NCBI GenBank assembly: GCA_964291285.2
Contig: OZ219789.1
Span: 96,001 to 160,000, forward strand
Reading direction: 5' to 3'
Length of the DNA: 64,000 nt
From: Alphaproteobacteria bacterium
GTDB lineage: Bacteria > Pseudomonadota > Alphaproteobacteria > Bin95
The notes beneath the pieces are model-generated. The model saw only the letters and a list, made by a program, of their open reading frames with translations, did no database searches and was not told the DNA's origin. The translations under genes were made by a program, and so were the position numbers. Shown in pieces: positions 39,280 to 48,986 of the stretch. Positions within the stretch are counted from its first letter, which is position 1, and every line of letters begins with the position of its first letter.

Positions 39280-39690
39280 GTGGCCCGCTGGCGCCTCGGC
39301 GGACCGGCTCTGGCGACCATGCTTGCGCTCGTTCTCGCGGCCGACCGGGCGGCGGCCTGCCCTCGTCCGCAGGGCTGGACGGGCGGCGCGGAAATCGCCG
39401 GCGGGCTATGGACGGCATGGTGGCGGCCGGAACCCGCTCCCATTCCGGTCTCCGCGCATTTCTCCATCCGTTTCCACCTGTGCGGGCCGCCGGTCGGCCG
39501 GGTCCGGGTTAGCGGCTGGATGCCGGACCACCGGCACGGCATGAACTACCGGCCCGCGGTGACCCTGAACGACATGTCCGGGACGGCCGAAGGCCTGATG
39601 TTCCACATGCCGGGACGCTGGCAGCTGATTCTGGACGTTCGCGGGGCGGCGGGCCAGGAGAAGCTGACCGGCGAAACGGTGCTGGAATGA
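39280..39690 (+). CDS. Secreted YtkA/FixH-like Ig-fold protein
   Basis: Signal peptide; WMPDHRHGM and FHMPGRWQL motifs; GTG start 2 bp after the upstream stop. Confidence 0.72.
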   Translation: MARWRLGGPALATMLALVLAADRAAACPRPQGWTGGAEIAGGLWTAWWRPEPAPIPVSAHFSIRFHLCGPPVGRVRVSGWMPDHRHGMNYRPAVTLNDMSGTAEGLMFHMPGRWQLILDVRGAAGQEKLTGETVLE

Positions 39691-40901
39691 CACGCTGGCG
39701 TTCCGGCGCCTCCGCCGCCGTGCGGCTGCCGCTGCTTGCAATCGCAACCTGCCTGATTTCAGGCATCGCCGCACCGGCCCCGGCGCTCGACTTCACCGCC
39801 GGGGAAAAACACCGGATCCTGCGCCACGGGCCATGGCCGCCGGCCTTGCGGCCCGATCCGAGCAACCGGGTTTCCGGCAAACCGGCCGCCATCGCCTTCG
39901 GCCGGGCGCTGTTCTTCGATCCGCGCCTGTCGCTCTCCGGCGTGGTCTCCTGCGCGAGCTGCCACCGGCCGGACCGGGCCTGGACCGATGGCCTGCCGCG
40001 CAGCCGCGGGCAGCGGGCCGTCGACCGCAACGCGCCCGCCCTGTTCAACCTGCGGTTCAACCGCTGGTTCGGCTGGGACGGCGCGCAGGACTCGCTGTGG
40101 GCGCAAAACCTGCGGCCTCTGCTCGACGGCCGCGAGATGGGCGTCGGCTCCGGCGGCGCGGCGCGGCTGGTCCGCTCCGACCGGCAGCTTTCCTGCGGCT
40201 ACCGGCGCGCTTTCGGCGAATCGCCCGGCGCGGACGACACGCGGATTTTCGTCGATCTCGGCAAGGCGCTCGCGTCGTTCCTGGAAACGCAGGTCACCGG
40301 GCGCACGCCGTTCGACGACTTCCGCGATGCGCTGGCGCTGGGCGACGACGCCGGCCAGGCCCGCTATCCCGCCGTCGCCAGGCGCGGCCTGCGCCTGTTT
40401 GTCGGGCGGGGCAATTGCGCCTTCTGCCATTTCGGCCCCGCCTTTACCAACGGCGAGTTCGCCGATGCCGGCGTGCCGCATTTCGTCGAACCCGGCCGGG
40501 TCGATCCGGGCCGGCTGGGCGGTATCCGCAAATTGCGTAAGAGCCCGTACACCCTGCTCGGCCGCTTCAACGACGACGCGCAGCGTTCCACCGCCGCCAG
40601 GACCCGCCATGTCCGCCTGCGCCAGAGCAATTTCGGGGAGTTCCGGGTGCCGGGCCTGCGCAACGTCGCGCTCACCGCGCCCTATATGCATGCCGGCAGC
40701 CTGGAGACGCTCGACGACGTCGTCCGCCACTATTCGACGCTCGACGAGGAACGGCTGCACGCCGGAGGCGAACGGATTCTGCGCCGCCTGGACCTGAGCG
40801 CGCGCGAACGGGCCGATCTCGTCGCCTTTCTCGAAACGCTGACGGAAAGGGAACCGCTTCGCGAAGCCGCGGGAAAGGACGCGAACCTCCTGTGTCGATA
40901 G
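39687..40901 (+). CDS. Di-heme cytochrome c peroxidase family, MauG/MbnH-like
   Basis: LFFDPRLS, CASCH, RNAP, FGWDG, CAFCH, FRVPGLRNVALTAPYMHAG...VVRHY. Confidence 0.9.
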   Translation: MTRWRSGASAAVRLPLLAIATCLISGIAAPAPALDFTAGEKHRILRHGPWPPALRPDPSNRVSGKPAAIAFGRALFFDPRLSLSGVVSCASCHRPDRAWTDGLPRSRGQRAVDRNAPALFNLRFNRWFGWDGAQDSLWAQNLRPLLDGREMGVGSGGAARLVRSDRQLSCGYRRAFGESPGADDTRIFVDLGKALASFLETQVTGRTPFDDFRDALALGDDAGQARYPAVARRGLRLFVGRGNCAFCHFGPAFTNGEFADAGVPHFVEPGRVDPGRLGGIRKLRKSPYTLLGRFNDDAQRSTAARTRHVRLRQSNFGEFRVPGLRNVALTAPYMHAGSLETLDDVVRHYSTLDEERLHAGGERILRRLDLSARERADLVAFLETLTEREPLREAAGKDANLLCR

Positions 40902-40940
40902 CGGTCCGCAGCCGCTCATGCCGGCCGGGCGATACCGGCC

Positions 40941-41411
40941 TCAATCCCCCGCGAACGCGATCAGCCGCCCGCAGACGAGCGCTCCCGGCCAGCAGACCAT
41001 CGAGAGCGCGGCATGGCCGGCCAGGCGGGCGCGCGGGGCGTCCCTCAGCAGGAACCCGTGGGTCCGGCAGAGCGCGAGCGTGGACAGGACCCCGACCGCG
41101 ATGAAGGCCAGCTTGAGCTGCAGGAATTCGACGCCGCTATATTCCCGCGCCCGGACCGAAAACAGCAGCGGCCCCGTGAGCAGGGCAAGGGCGAGCCCGC
41201 TCGCCGCGGCGGGCGCCAGCACCCGCACCACCGCTTCGCGGGAGACGGCGCGCCACACGCCGAGAAGCCGCAGATTGAGCGGAACGACGGCCCCCACCAG
41301 CAGGGCGACCCCGAAGATGTGCGCGGCGTTGACGCCGGCATAGAGCCAGCGGGAAGTCCGCAGGACCTGCGCGAGCGCCGTCCCCTCCACCGCTGCGAAC
41401 AGGGCCTCCAA
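40941..41411 (-). CDS. Four-TM membrane protein (DUF6644/DUF2214-like)
   Basis: NAAHIFG..LLVG, LRLLG, TGPLLF, LKLAFI, GRLIAF. Confidence 0.7.
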   Translation of the reverse strand: MEALFAAVEGTALAQVLRTSRWLYAGVNAAHIFGVALLVGAVVPLNLRLLGVWRAVSREAVVRVLAPAAASGLALALLTGPLLFSVRAREYSGVEFLQLKLAFIAVGVLSTLALCRTHGFLLRDAPRARLAGHAALSMVCWPGALVCGRLIAFAGD

Positions 41412-41415
41412 GGCC

Positions 41416-41784
41416 TCAGTTGCGCCCGGGGTAGAGAATGTACTCCCGTTTGCCCAGGAACAGCCGTTCCACCTTGACCAGCCTGTCCGACATATCGGCG
41501 GCCGGCTCGCCGATCACCCGGATTTCGACCCCTTCGGCCAGGTCGCCCTCCTTGAGGCCGGCGCGTTCATTGCGCCAGGGCTGACCGACCTCGGCCGTCC
41601 ATTCCTCGCCTTCCACGTCGATCTTCAGGATGCCGTGGGGATTGCCCAGGCGAACGGACTTGACGATGCCGGTCAGGTCGATATTGCCGCCGGTCGTCCA
41701 CGACCAGCCGTGATGGGCTAGAGCCCCGGCCGCCGGAGCGGCGAGTCCCAGGGCCAGGACCGCGATGAACAGGAGCCTCATCAT
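41416..41784 (-). CDS. Secreted DUF6152-like protein
   Basis: Signal peptide ending ALA, mature N-terminus HHGWS; NPHG motif. Confidence 0.75.
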   Translation of the reverse strand: MMRLLFIAVLALGLAAPAAGALAHHGWSWTTGGNIDLTGIVKSVRLGNPHGILKIDVEGEEWTAEVGQPWRNERAGLKEGDLAEGVEIRVIGEPAADMSDRLVKVERLFLGKREYILYPGRN

Positions 41785-41905
41785 CCTGCGCCTCCGCTGC
41801 TGCAAGCACTGCCGGGAAAGTTGCGCCGCGCGACCGGACATTCAAGCCGGCGCGCTCCGGATGCGGACTCCCGCAAGCAAAAACATGCGCGAACCCGGCC
41901 TCCGG

Positions 41906-42820
41906 TCATCCGGGCCCCGCCCGCCGCTGCGTGACCTGCTCGCGCCAGAACACGTACAGCCCCGAGGCGACAATCACCCCGCCGCCGGCGAGCGTCGCCG
42001 CATCCGGCAGGTCGCGGAAGGCCAGCCAGCCGATCAGCACGGCCCAGAAAATGCGCGAATAGTTGAAGGGCGCGAGCAGCGCCGCCTCGGTGACGGCGAA
42101 GGCGTTTATCATGAAGAAATGCGCGCCCGCGCCGATCGCGCCGGAGAGCGCCATCCAGGCCCACGTCTCCCAGGCGGGCCACTGCCAGAAGAACGGCATG
42201 GCGAGGGTGAGCAGCAGCGCGCCGCCCGCCGAGGTGTAGAACAGCGTCGCCAGGTGGTCGTCCCGCGCCGTGATGATACGCGTGACAAGCTGGAAGCCTG
42301 CAAAGAAGACCGCGCCGACGAGCGGCAGCACCGCCGCCCAGTGGACGATGCCGAGGCCCGGCCGGATCACGATCACGACGCCGGCCCAGCCGAGCAGCAC
42401 CGCCGCCCAGCGGTGCGGCCCGACCCGCTCCTTCAGCACCGGCCAGGACAGCGCGGTCAGGAAGAGCGGCGCGGCGAAGCTGATGACCGTGGCGTCGGCC
42501 AGCGCCAGATATTGCAGGCTCACGAACAGCATGGAGAGCGAGCCGACCAGGCAGCCCGCCCGAAGCAGCTGCAGGCCGGGATTGCGGGCGCGCAGCCAGC
42601 GCCGGGGCGGGATGCGGGCAATGGTGAACCCGGTCGCAAGCGTGATGGCGATGAAGGTGAAATAGCCCCACGCGACCTGCACGCCGCTCAGGCTCGACGC
42701 CACATGCTTGGCGATGGCGTCGACCGCCGTGATGCCGACCATGGCGGCGAGCATGAGCGGGATGCCGAGGGACGGGCGGTGGCGCGGCGGCACGGATGTT
42801 CCGTTCGGGCGAAGAGGCAA
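41906..42820 (-). CDS. DMT/EamA transporter (start approximate)
   Basis: About 10 TM; LKERVG..RW, IRPG, LAPFNYS. Confidence 0.9.
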   Translation of the reverse strand: MPLRPNGTSVPPRHRPSLGIPLMLAAMVGITAVDAIAKHVASSLSGVQVAWGYFTFIAITLATGFTIARIPPRRWLRARNPGLQLLRAGCLVGSLSMLFVSLQYLALADATVISFAAPLFLTALSWPVLKERVGPHRWAAVLLGWAGVVIVIRPGLGIVHWAAVLPLVGAVFFAGFQLVTRIITARDDHLATLFYTSAGGALLLTLAMPFFWQWPAWETWAWMALSGAIGAGAHFFMINAFAVTEAALLAPFNYSRIFWAVLIGWLAFRDLPDAATLAGGGVIVASGLYVFWREQVTQRRAGPG

Positions 42821-42899
42821 TCGCAGTGGAATAGCCGCAATTGCCGCGCCGGGCTATGATTGCCGTCGGGAACAGGGCTATCGACGCGAGGACAGCAAC

Positions 42900-44324
42900 A
42901 TGGACGGGCTCCAGACGGCAATATCGGGGGAAACGGCGGCCGCCAACCGGCCGATAGCCGCCATGCTGGCGGAGTTCGCCTGCCGGCTCGACGACCGCGC
43001 GGTCCCCGACCGGGTGATGGAGCGCGCGCGCCTCCACATCCTCGACTGCATCGGCATCGCGCTCGCCTCGACCGGCTACGAGTTCGGCCGGCGCACGGTA
43101 GAGGCCATGCGCGGGCTCGCCGGCGAGGGGCCGTCGCCGGTCATCGGCACGGACATTCGCCTGCCGCTGCGCGATGCGGCGCTGGTCAACGGCACGCTCG
43201 TCCACGGCCTCGACTATGACGACACCCATTCCGACGGCGTGGTCCATGCGTCGGCCTCGGCGCTCGTCGCCGCGCTGGCGCAGGGCTTCGCCTCCGGCGC
43301 CTCGGGCCGGGACCTGCTGGCCGCCTACCTGGTCGGCGTCGAAGCGTCGTCGCGGATCGGCCAGGCGGCGCAAGGGGGCTTCCATGTGCGGGGGCACCAT
43401 CCGACGGGCCTTGTCGGCGCGTTCGGCGCGGCGCTGACGGCCGCCCGGCTTACCGGCCTCTCCGAGCGCGAGGCGGCGATGGCGCAGGGCATCGCGCTCT
43501 CCATGGCCGCCGGCAGCCTGGAGTTCCTCTCGGACGGCGCCTGGACCAAGCGCATCCATCCCGGCTGGGCGGCCGTGGCCGGCATTACCGCGGCCGCGCT
43601 CGCCGGCGGCGGCTTCCAGGGCCCGAGCGCGCCCTATGAGGGGCGCTACGGCCTCTACAACCTGCATCTGGGCGCGGACCACGAGGCGCGCCTCGACATG
43701 GCGACGGCCGCTCTCGGCGAGGTCTGGGAGCTGGAGAACGTGGCCTTCAAGCCCTACCCCGCCTGCCACTTCAACCACGCCTTCGCCGACGCGGCGCTGG
43801 CGCTCCGGCGCGACCACGGGCTCCGGCCGGAGGATGTGGACAGCATCACCGGCTATATCGCCGACGCGCAGGCCAATGTCGTCTGCCGCCCGGAGGAGAC
43901 CAAGAAGCGCCCGCAGAACAGCTACGACGCCCAGTTCTCGATGCACTACACCATCGCCGCGGCCCTCAAGCACGGCCGCTTCACCCTCGACGAGATCGAC
44001 CCGGACGCGATCTCCGACCCGGAGGTGCTGGCGCTGGCGGACCGGGTGGAGTTCGCCATCGACCCGGACTCGGCCTTTCCGCGCTACTATTCCGGCGAGA
44101 TCAGGGTCCGCACCCGCGACGGGCGCGAGCTGCGCCACCGCGAGGCGGTCAACCGCGGCTCCGACGCCAACCCGCTCTCGGCCGAGGACATCGCGGCCAA
44201 GTTCCGGGACAATGCCGACCGCGCCGTCAGTCCCGAGCGCCGGGAGCGCATCTTCGAGGCCGTCATGACCCTCGACCGCGCCCCCGACCTCAAGGAGCTC
44301 GACGCCGCGCTTTGCGAGGGCTGA
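42900..44324 (+). CDS. MmgE/PrpD family protein
   Basis: HGLDYDDTH, GHHPTG, KRIHPG, FKPYPACHFNH, AQFS. Confidence 0.92.
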   Translation: MDGLQTAISGETAAANRPIAAMLAEFACRLDDRAVPDRVMERARLHILDCIGIALASTGYEFGRRTVEAMRGLAGEGPSPVIGTDIRLPLRDAALVNGTLVHGLDYDDTHSDGVVHASASALVAALAQGFASGASGRDLLAAYLVGVEASSRIGQAAQGGFHVRGHHPTGLVGAFGAALTAARLTGLSEREAAMAQGIALSMAAGSLEFLSDGAWTKRIHPGWAAVAGITAAALAGGGFQGPSAPYEGRYGLYNLHLGADHEARLDMATAALGEVWELENVAFKPYPACHFNHAFADAALALRRDHGLRPEDVDSITGYIADAQANVVCRPEETKKRPQNSYDAQFSMHYTIAAALKHGRFTLDEIDPDAISDPEVLALADRVEFAIDPDSAFPRYYSGEIRVRTRDGRELRHREAVNRGSDANPLSAEDIAAKFRDNADRAVSPERRERIFEAVMTLDRAPDLKELDAALCEG

Positions 44325-44340
44325 GGGGCGCAGGGACGCG

Positions 44341-46623
44341 ATGCCGTCCCGTCTCTCCTCCGCCGCCGCCGGGCTTGCCATCGGCGCGGCGGTGTTGCTG
44401 CTCTCGGCCTGCGCGCTGCTGGCGCCCCTGCCGAAGCCGAAGGGCGTCGCCGCGCGGCTTGAGGCATTCCCGACGCGCGGCCTGCCGCTGGACGGGCGGG
44501 TGACGATCCGCTGGAGCGAGCAGCAGATTCCCTTCATCGAGGCAGAGAGCGACGGCGATGCGGCGTTCGCGCTCGGCCTCGTGCACGCGCATCTCAGGCT
44601 CGGCCAGATGGCGATGGCGCGCATGCTCGCGCGGGGGCGCCTGTCCGAGATGATCGGCCCCATGGGCGTCGATATCGACCGCGGCCTGCGCACGCTCTCC
44701 TACGGCCGCGCCGCGGCGGAGATCGAGCGGAGCATGGACGGTGACGCCCTGCTCTGGGTCCGGCGTTTCGTGGACGGCATCAACCATTACCAGGACGGCG
44801 CGGCCGAACTGCCGCACGATTTCGCCATTCTGGGCCTGGAGCCGGAGCCGTGGACCGTCGCCGACGTTCTGGCCATCGGGCGGCTCGGCGGCACCGACGT
44901 GAACTGGCTGGTCTGGGCCGACCTGCTGGCGCTCCGCGCGCGGGACGACTGGCCCGAGCTCTGGGCGCGTCTTGTGAAGGAGGGCGGCACGTCCTTCGCC
45001 AGCTTCGGCGGGCCCGAACGCATGGCCGCGATACAGGAATGGCTCGCCGGCGTCTCCCGGTCGGGCAGCAACAGCGTCGCCGTGGCGGGCCGGCGCAGCG
45101 CCACCGGCGGGGCGCTGATGGCCAACGACCCGCATCTCGGCATCTTCATTCCCAACGTCTGGCTGATCGCGGGCGTGCGCTCGCCCTCCTGCCACGCGGT
45201 CGGGCTGATGGCGCCGGGCCTGCCGATCTTCGCCATCGGCCGCAATCCGCACATCGCCTGGGGCGGCACCAACATGCGGGCGGCCTCCAGCGACCTCTAC
45301 AATGTCGAGGGCATACCCGAGGCCGACATCGCGGAGCGGCGCGAGCGGATCGGCGTGCGCTGGTGGTTCGACGAGGAAGCGACCGTCCGCGAGACCCGCT
45401 GGGGGCCGATCGTGACCGACACGCCGCTGCTCGCGAAGTTCGACCTGCCGCCGCTCGCGCTGAAATGGACCGGGCACGGCGCGAGCGACGAGATCGGCGC
45501 CATGCTCAGGGTCTGCCGGGCGAAGAGCTTCCCGGAGTTCCGCGCCGCCTTCCACAGCTTCGCCGTGCCGGGGCAGAACATGCTCTATGCGGACAGGGAG
45601 GGGAATATCGGCCAGGTGATGGCGGTGTGGCTGCCCGCGCGCCGGGGCGCGCCCGACGACATTTTCCTCGACACCGCCGCGCATGACGCCGCCTGGGGCG
45701 CGATGCGCACCGGGGCGGACCTGCCCTGGAGCCTCAACCCCGAGACCGGCTTCCTGGTCTCGGCCAACAACCGCCCCTCGGAGACCGATGTGCCCGTCGG
45801 CTTCTTCTTCTCGCCCGATGACCGCGTCAAGCGCATGACCCGGCTGATCGGGGGCGAGGCGGAGGTGGGCGTCGAGACCCTCAAGGCGCTGCAGCAGGAC
45901 GTGTACATGCCGTCCTCGGCCGAGCTGCGCGACCTCTTCCTTGCCAGGCTCGACGGGTCGGGGCTGGCCGCGGCGGCGGACGCCAAAGGCGCGGAGGCGA
46001 TCGGCAGGCTGCGCGAGTGGGACGGCGCCTACCGGCGCGAGTCGCTGGGCGCGGTCGCGTTCGAGCAGTTCCGCCACGGCTTCGTGCGGCGCTTCTACGT
46101 CCTGCGCTACGGGGAAGGCGACGGCGAGGCGTTCGCGAAGCTGCGCCGGGGCACGGCGCTGCTGGCCGACGATATCGCGGCCGCCGACGAGGAGACCGTG
46201 CGCGCGGCGCTCGTTGCCGGGCTGCGCGCTGCGGCGGACGGCCTCGACGCCTTCTCCGGCTGGGGAGACATGCACCGCCTCCGCCTCGCCCATCCGCTCT
46301 CCCGCGCTCCGCTCATCGGCGGACGCTACCGCTTCGTCGAAGAGGGCGTCGCCGGGAGCTCGGAGACGGTGATGAAGACCGCGCACAACGCCACCGCCGA
46401 GCGCCATACCGTCACCTACGGGTCCAATGCGCGGCACATTTCAGACCTGTCCGACCCGGACGGGAACTGGTTCGTCCTGCTCGGCGGGCAGGACGGCTGG
46501 TTCAACAGCACGACCATGCTCGACCAGTGGGAACTGTGGCGGCGCGGCGAGTATGTGCGCGTGCCGCTCACGCCGTCCGAGGTGCGCGCGAGTTTTCCGC
46601 ACGTGCTGACCTTGGAGAACTGA
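44341..46623 (+). CDS. Penicillin acylase family Ntn-hydrolase (lipoprotein)
   Basis: Lipobox LLLSAC; GLVHAHLRLGQM; GSNSV nucleophile; ANDPHL; QNMLYAD; SANN. Confidence 0.92.
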   Translation: MPSRLSSAAAGLAIGAAVLLLSACALLAPLPKPKGVAARLEAFPTRGLPLDGRVTIRWSEQQIPFIEAESDGDAAFALGLVHAHLRLGQMAMARMLARGRLSEMIGPMGVDIDRGLRTLSYGRAAAEIERSMDGDALLWVRRFVDGINHYQDGAAELPHDFAILGLEPEPWTVADVLAIGRLGGTDVNWLVWADLLALRARDDWPELWARLVKEGGTSFASFGGPERMAAIQEWLAGVSRSGSNSVAVAGRRSATGGALMANDPHLGIFIPNVWLIAGVRSPSCHAVGLMAPGLPIFAIGRNPHIAWGGTNMRAASSDLYNVEGIPEADIAERRERIGVRWWFDEEATVRETRWGPIVTDTPLLAKFDLPPLALKWTGHGASDEIGAMLRVCRAKSFPEFRAAFHSFAVPGQNMLYADREGNIGQVMAVWLPARRGAPDDIFLDTAAHDAAWGAMRTGADLPWSLNPETGFLVSANNRPSETDVPVGFFFSPDDRVKRMTRLIGGEAEVGVETLKALQQDVYMPSSAELRDLFLARLDGSGLAAAADAKGAEAIGRLREWDGAYRRESLGAVAFEQFRHGFVRRFYVLRYGEGDGEAFAKLRRGTALLADDIAAADEETVRAALVAGLRAAADGLDAFSGWGDMHRLRLAHPLSRAPLIGGRYRFVEEGVAGSSETVMKTAHNATAERHTVTYGSNARHISDLSDPDGNWFVLLGGQDGWFNSTTMLDQWELWRRGEYVRVPLTPSEVRASFPHVLTLEN

Positions 46624-46638
46624 CGCCGGAACCCGACC

Positions 46639-48198
46639 ATGCACGACGCCACCTGGCTTCTCCGGCTCTATGCCCGCCAGCGCCTCCGGCATCTGGCGCA
46701 TATGGACCCGGAACAGGCGCAGCGCCGCACCCTGTCGTCCCTCATCCGGAAGGCCCGCCGCACGCAATTCGGCCGGGACCACGGGTTTTCCGCCGACTGG
46801 TCCCTCGACGACTTCCGTTCGCGCGTTCCGCTCAGGGACTATGACGCCTTCTGGGAAAGCTACTGGCGCGAGCCCTTCCCCCGCCTGACCGACTGCACCT
46901 GGCCGGGCCTCATCCCGTGGTTCGCCGTCTCGTCCGGGACGACGACCGGCACGACGAAATACATCCCCGTCAGCCGCGAGATGCGCCGGTCCAACGTGCG
47001 CGCGGGCGCGGAGCTGATGGTCCACCATCTCGCCAACCGGCCGGAAAGCCGGCTGCTGGGGGGCCGCGTCTTCATGCTGGGCGGCTCGACCGGGCTGGTC
47101 CGCCGGGCGCCGGGGGTCTCCAGCGGCGATCTGAGCGGCATCGCGGCCGCGGAAATGCCCGGCTGGGCGCGGCTGCGCTACTTCCCGCCGCGCGACCTGG
47201 AGAGCATCGCCGACTGGGAGGAGAAGATCGACCGCTTCGCGGCGCGCTCCCTGGACGAGGAGATTTCGGCCGTGGCGGGCACGCCGAGCTGGCTGCTGAT
47301 CTTCTTCGAGCGCCTGGCCGAGACCGCCGGCAGCGGGTCCGGCCGGGTCGCCGGCATCTGGCCCCGGCTCGAAATGCTGAGCCACGGCGGCGTCGCCTGG
47401 GCGCCCTATCGCGACCGCTTCGCCGCCTTGCTCGAAGGCAGCGGCGCGGAAACCCGCGAGGTCTATCCGGCGAGCGAGGGGTTCTTCGGCATCGCCGACC
47501 GCGGGGACGGGGAGGGTCTCCGGCTGCTGCTCGACACCGGCATCTTCTACGAGTTCATCCCCCTCGACGAGCTCGACAGCCCCGAGCCGGACTGCCGCTG
47601 GATCGGCGACGCGGAGCCGGGCGTCAACTACGCGCTCGCGGTTACGACATGCGCGGGCCTCTGGCGCTACCTCGTCGGCGACACGGTGACCCTGGTCGAA
47701 CGCGACCCGCCGCGCGTCCTGGTCACCGGGCGGACGAGCTACATGCTGTCCGCCTTCGGCGAGCACGTCATCGGCGCCGAGGTCGAGCGCGCCGTAGCGG
47801 AGGCCGCAAGGGCCATCGGCGCGACGGTCAGCGACTTCGCCGCCGGCAGCCTGTTCCCGGAGGAGACCGGCCGGCGCGGCGGGCACCTATACATCGTCGA
47901 GTTCGGGGCGGAACCCGGCGGGAGCGGCCCCGACGCCGCGCGGCAGGCCCGCTTCGCCAAAACGCTGGACGCGGCGCTCTGCCGCCTCAACGACGACTAT
48001 GACGCCCACCGCGCGGGCGGCTACGGCCTGGACGCCGCGCGCGTGCGCGTCATGCCGCCCGGCGGTTTCGCGGCATGGATGAAGAGCCGCGGCAGGCTCG
48101 GCGGCCAGAACAAGGTGCCCCGCATCGTCAACGACCGCGAGCTCTTCGCCGCCTTGCGGGCCTTTGCAGATGCGCACGGAGCGCCGCCGCCAAATTGA
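46639..48198 (+). CDS. GH3 family acyl-adenylate/amido synthetase-like protein
   Basis: SSGTT...KYIP, YPASEG, YEFIP, GLWRYLVGD, GGQNKVPR. Confidence 0.9.
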   Translation: MHDATWLLRLYARQRLRHLAHMDPEQAQRRTLSSLIRKARRTQFGRDHGFSADWSLDDFRSRVPLRDYDAFWESYWREPFPRLTDCTWPGLIPWFAVSSGTTTGTTKYIPVSREMRRSNVRAGAELMVHHLANRPESRLLGGRVFMLGGSTGLVRRAPGVSSGDLSGIAAAEMPGWARLRYFPPRDLESIADWEEKIDRFAARSLDEEISAVAGTPSWLLIFFERLAETAGSGSGRVAGIWPRLEMLSHGGVAWAPYRDRFAALLEGSGAETREVYPASEGFFGIADRGDGEGLRLLLDTGIFYEFIPLDELDSPEPDCRWIGDAEPGVNYALAVTTCAGLWRYLVGDTVTLVERDPPRVLVTGRTSYMLSAFGEHVIGAEVERAVAEAARAIGATVSDFAAGSLFPEETGRRGGHLYIVEFGAEPGGSGPDAARQARFAKTLDAALCRLNDDYDAHRAGGYGLDAARVRVMPPGGFAAWMKSRGRLGGQNKVPRIVNDRELFAALRAFADAHGAPPPN

Positions 48199-48249
48199 CG
48201 CGCTCCCCGTCCGCCGCCAGAATGGCCGCAGCGGCGGGGAGAGCAGTCG

Positions 48250-48618
48250 ATGGAGACGGTCAGGGTCGGGTCGGTCGAGGAATTCGCGCCGCTGCCCGCG
48301 AGGAAGGTGGTCGAGGTCGGCGGCGAGGAGGTCGGCATCTTCCGCCTCGACGACGGCTTCTACGCCTGGCGCAACAACTGCCCGCACCAGGGCGGCCCCG
48401 TCTGCCAGGGCCGCATCTACAACCGGGTCCTCGAGTCGCTCGACGCCGCGCGCCGCTCGCTCGGGCGGCGCTATGACGAGGAGCGGGTCAACATCGTCTG
48501 CCCGTGGCACGGGCTGGAATACGACATCCGCACCGGCCGCCATCCCGGCAATGACGGCATGGCGCTGGAGCCCGTCGCGGTCCAGGTCCAGAACGGAGAG
48601 GTCTATGTCTCCCTCTGA
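48250..48618 (+). CDS. Rieske [2Fe-2S] ferredoxin with long inter-motif insertion
   Basis: CPH and CPWH separated by 37 residues. Confidence 0.92.
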   Translation: METVRVGSVEEFAPLPARKVVEVGGEEVGIFRLDDGFYAWRNNCPHQGGPVCQGRIYNRVLESLDAARRSLGRRYDEERVNIVCPWHGLEYDIRTGRHPGNDGMALEPVAVQVQNGEVYVSL

Positions 48619-48982
48619 CCTGCGCGGCCACAACGACGCTTACGCGGATTTCGACGAGGACGCGCGCCGCCTCTGGACGCTCGCCGCGGGGGCGGTGGAA
48701 CGCGGCGAGGCCCACCGCATCCCGGACAGCGCCGTCGCCGACCTGATGACCGCCGCCGTCAAGCTCTACGCCGCCAAGGCGGACGGCGAGGACCGCACCT
48801 TCCGCCCGCTGCACGGGCGCTATGACGAGGTGGTGACGCCGACCGAGGCGCTGACCGCCGTCACCGAATTGCTGCGCGCGCTGCGCCTCGGGCCGATGGA
48901 ATTCGGCCTCTGGTCCCGCCGCCGCCCGGAGGACTATCATTTGAGCGAGGCCGCGCCGGCGGCCGCCGAGGAGGAGGCCTGA
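48605..48982 (+). CDS. Hypothetical protein coupled to the Rieske and amidohydrolase genes
   Basis: ATG at 48605 overlaps the Rieske stop; LMTAAVKLYAAK...VTPTEALTAV..LLRA; high GC3. Confidence 0.8.
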   Translation: MSPSDLRGHNDAYADFDEDARRLWTLAAGAVERGEAHRIPDSAVADLMTAAVKLYAAKADGEDRTFRPLHGRYDEVVTPTEALTAVTELLRALRLGPMEFGLWSRRRPEDYHLSEAAPAAAEEEA

Positions 48983-48986
48983 GCCC

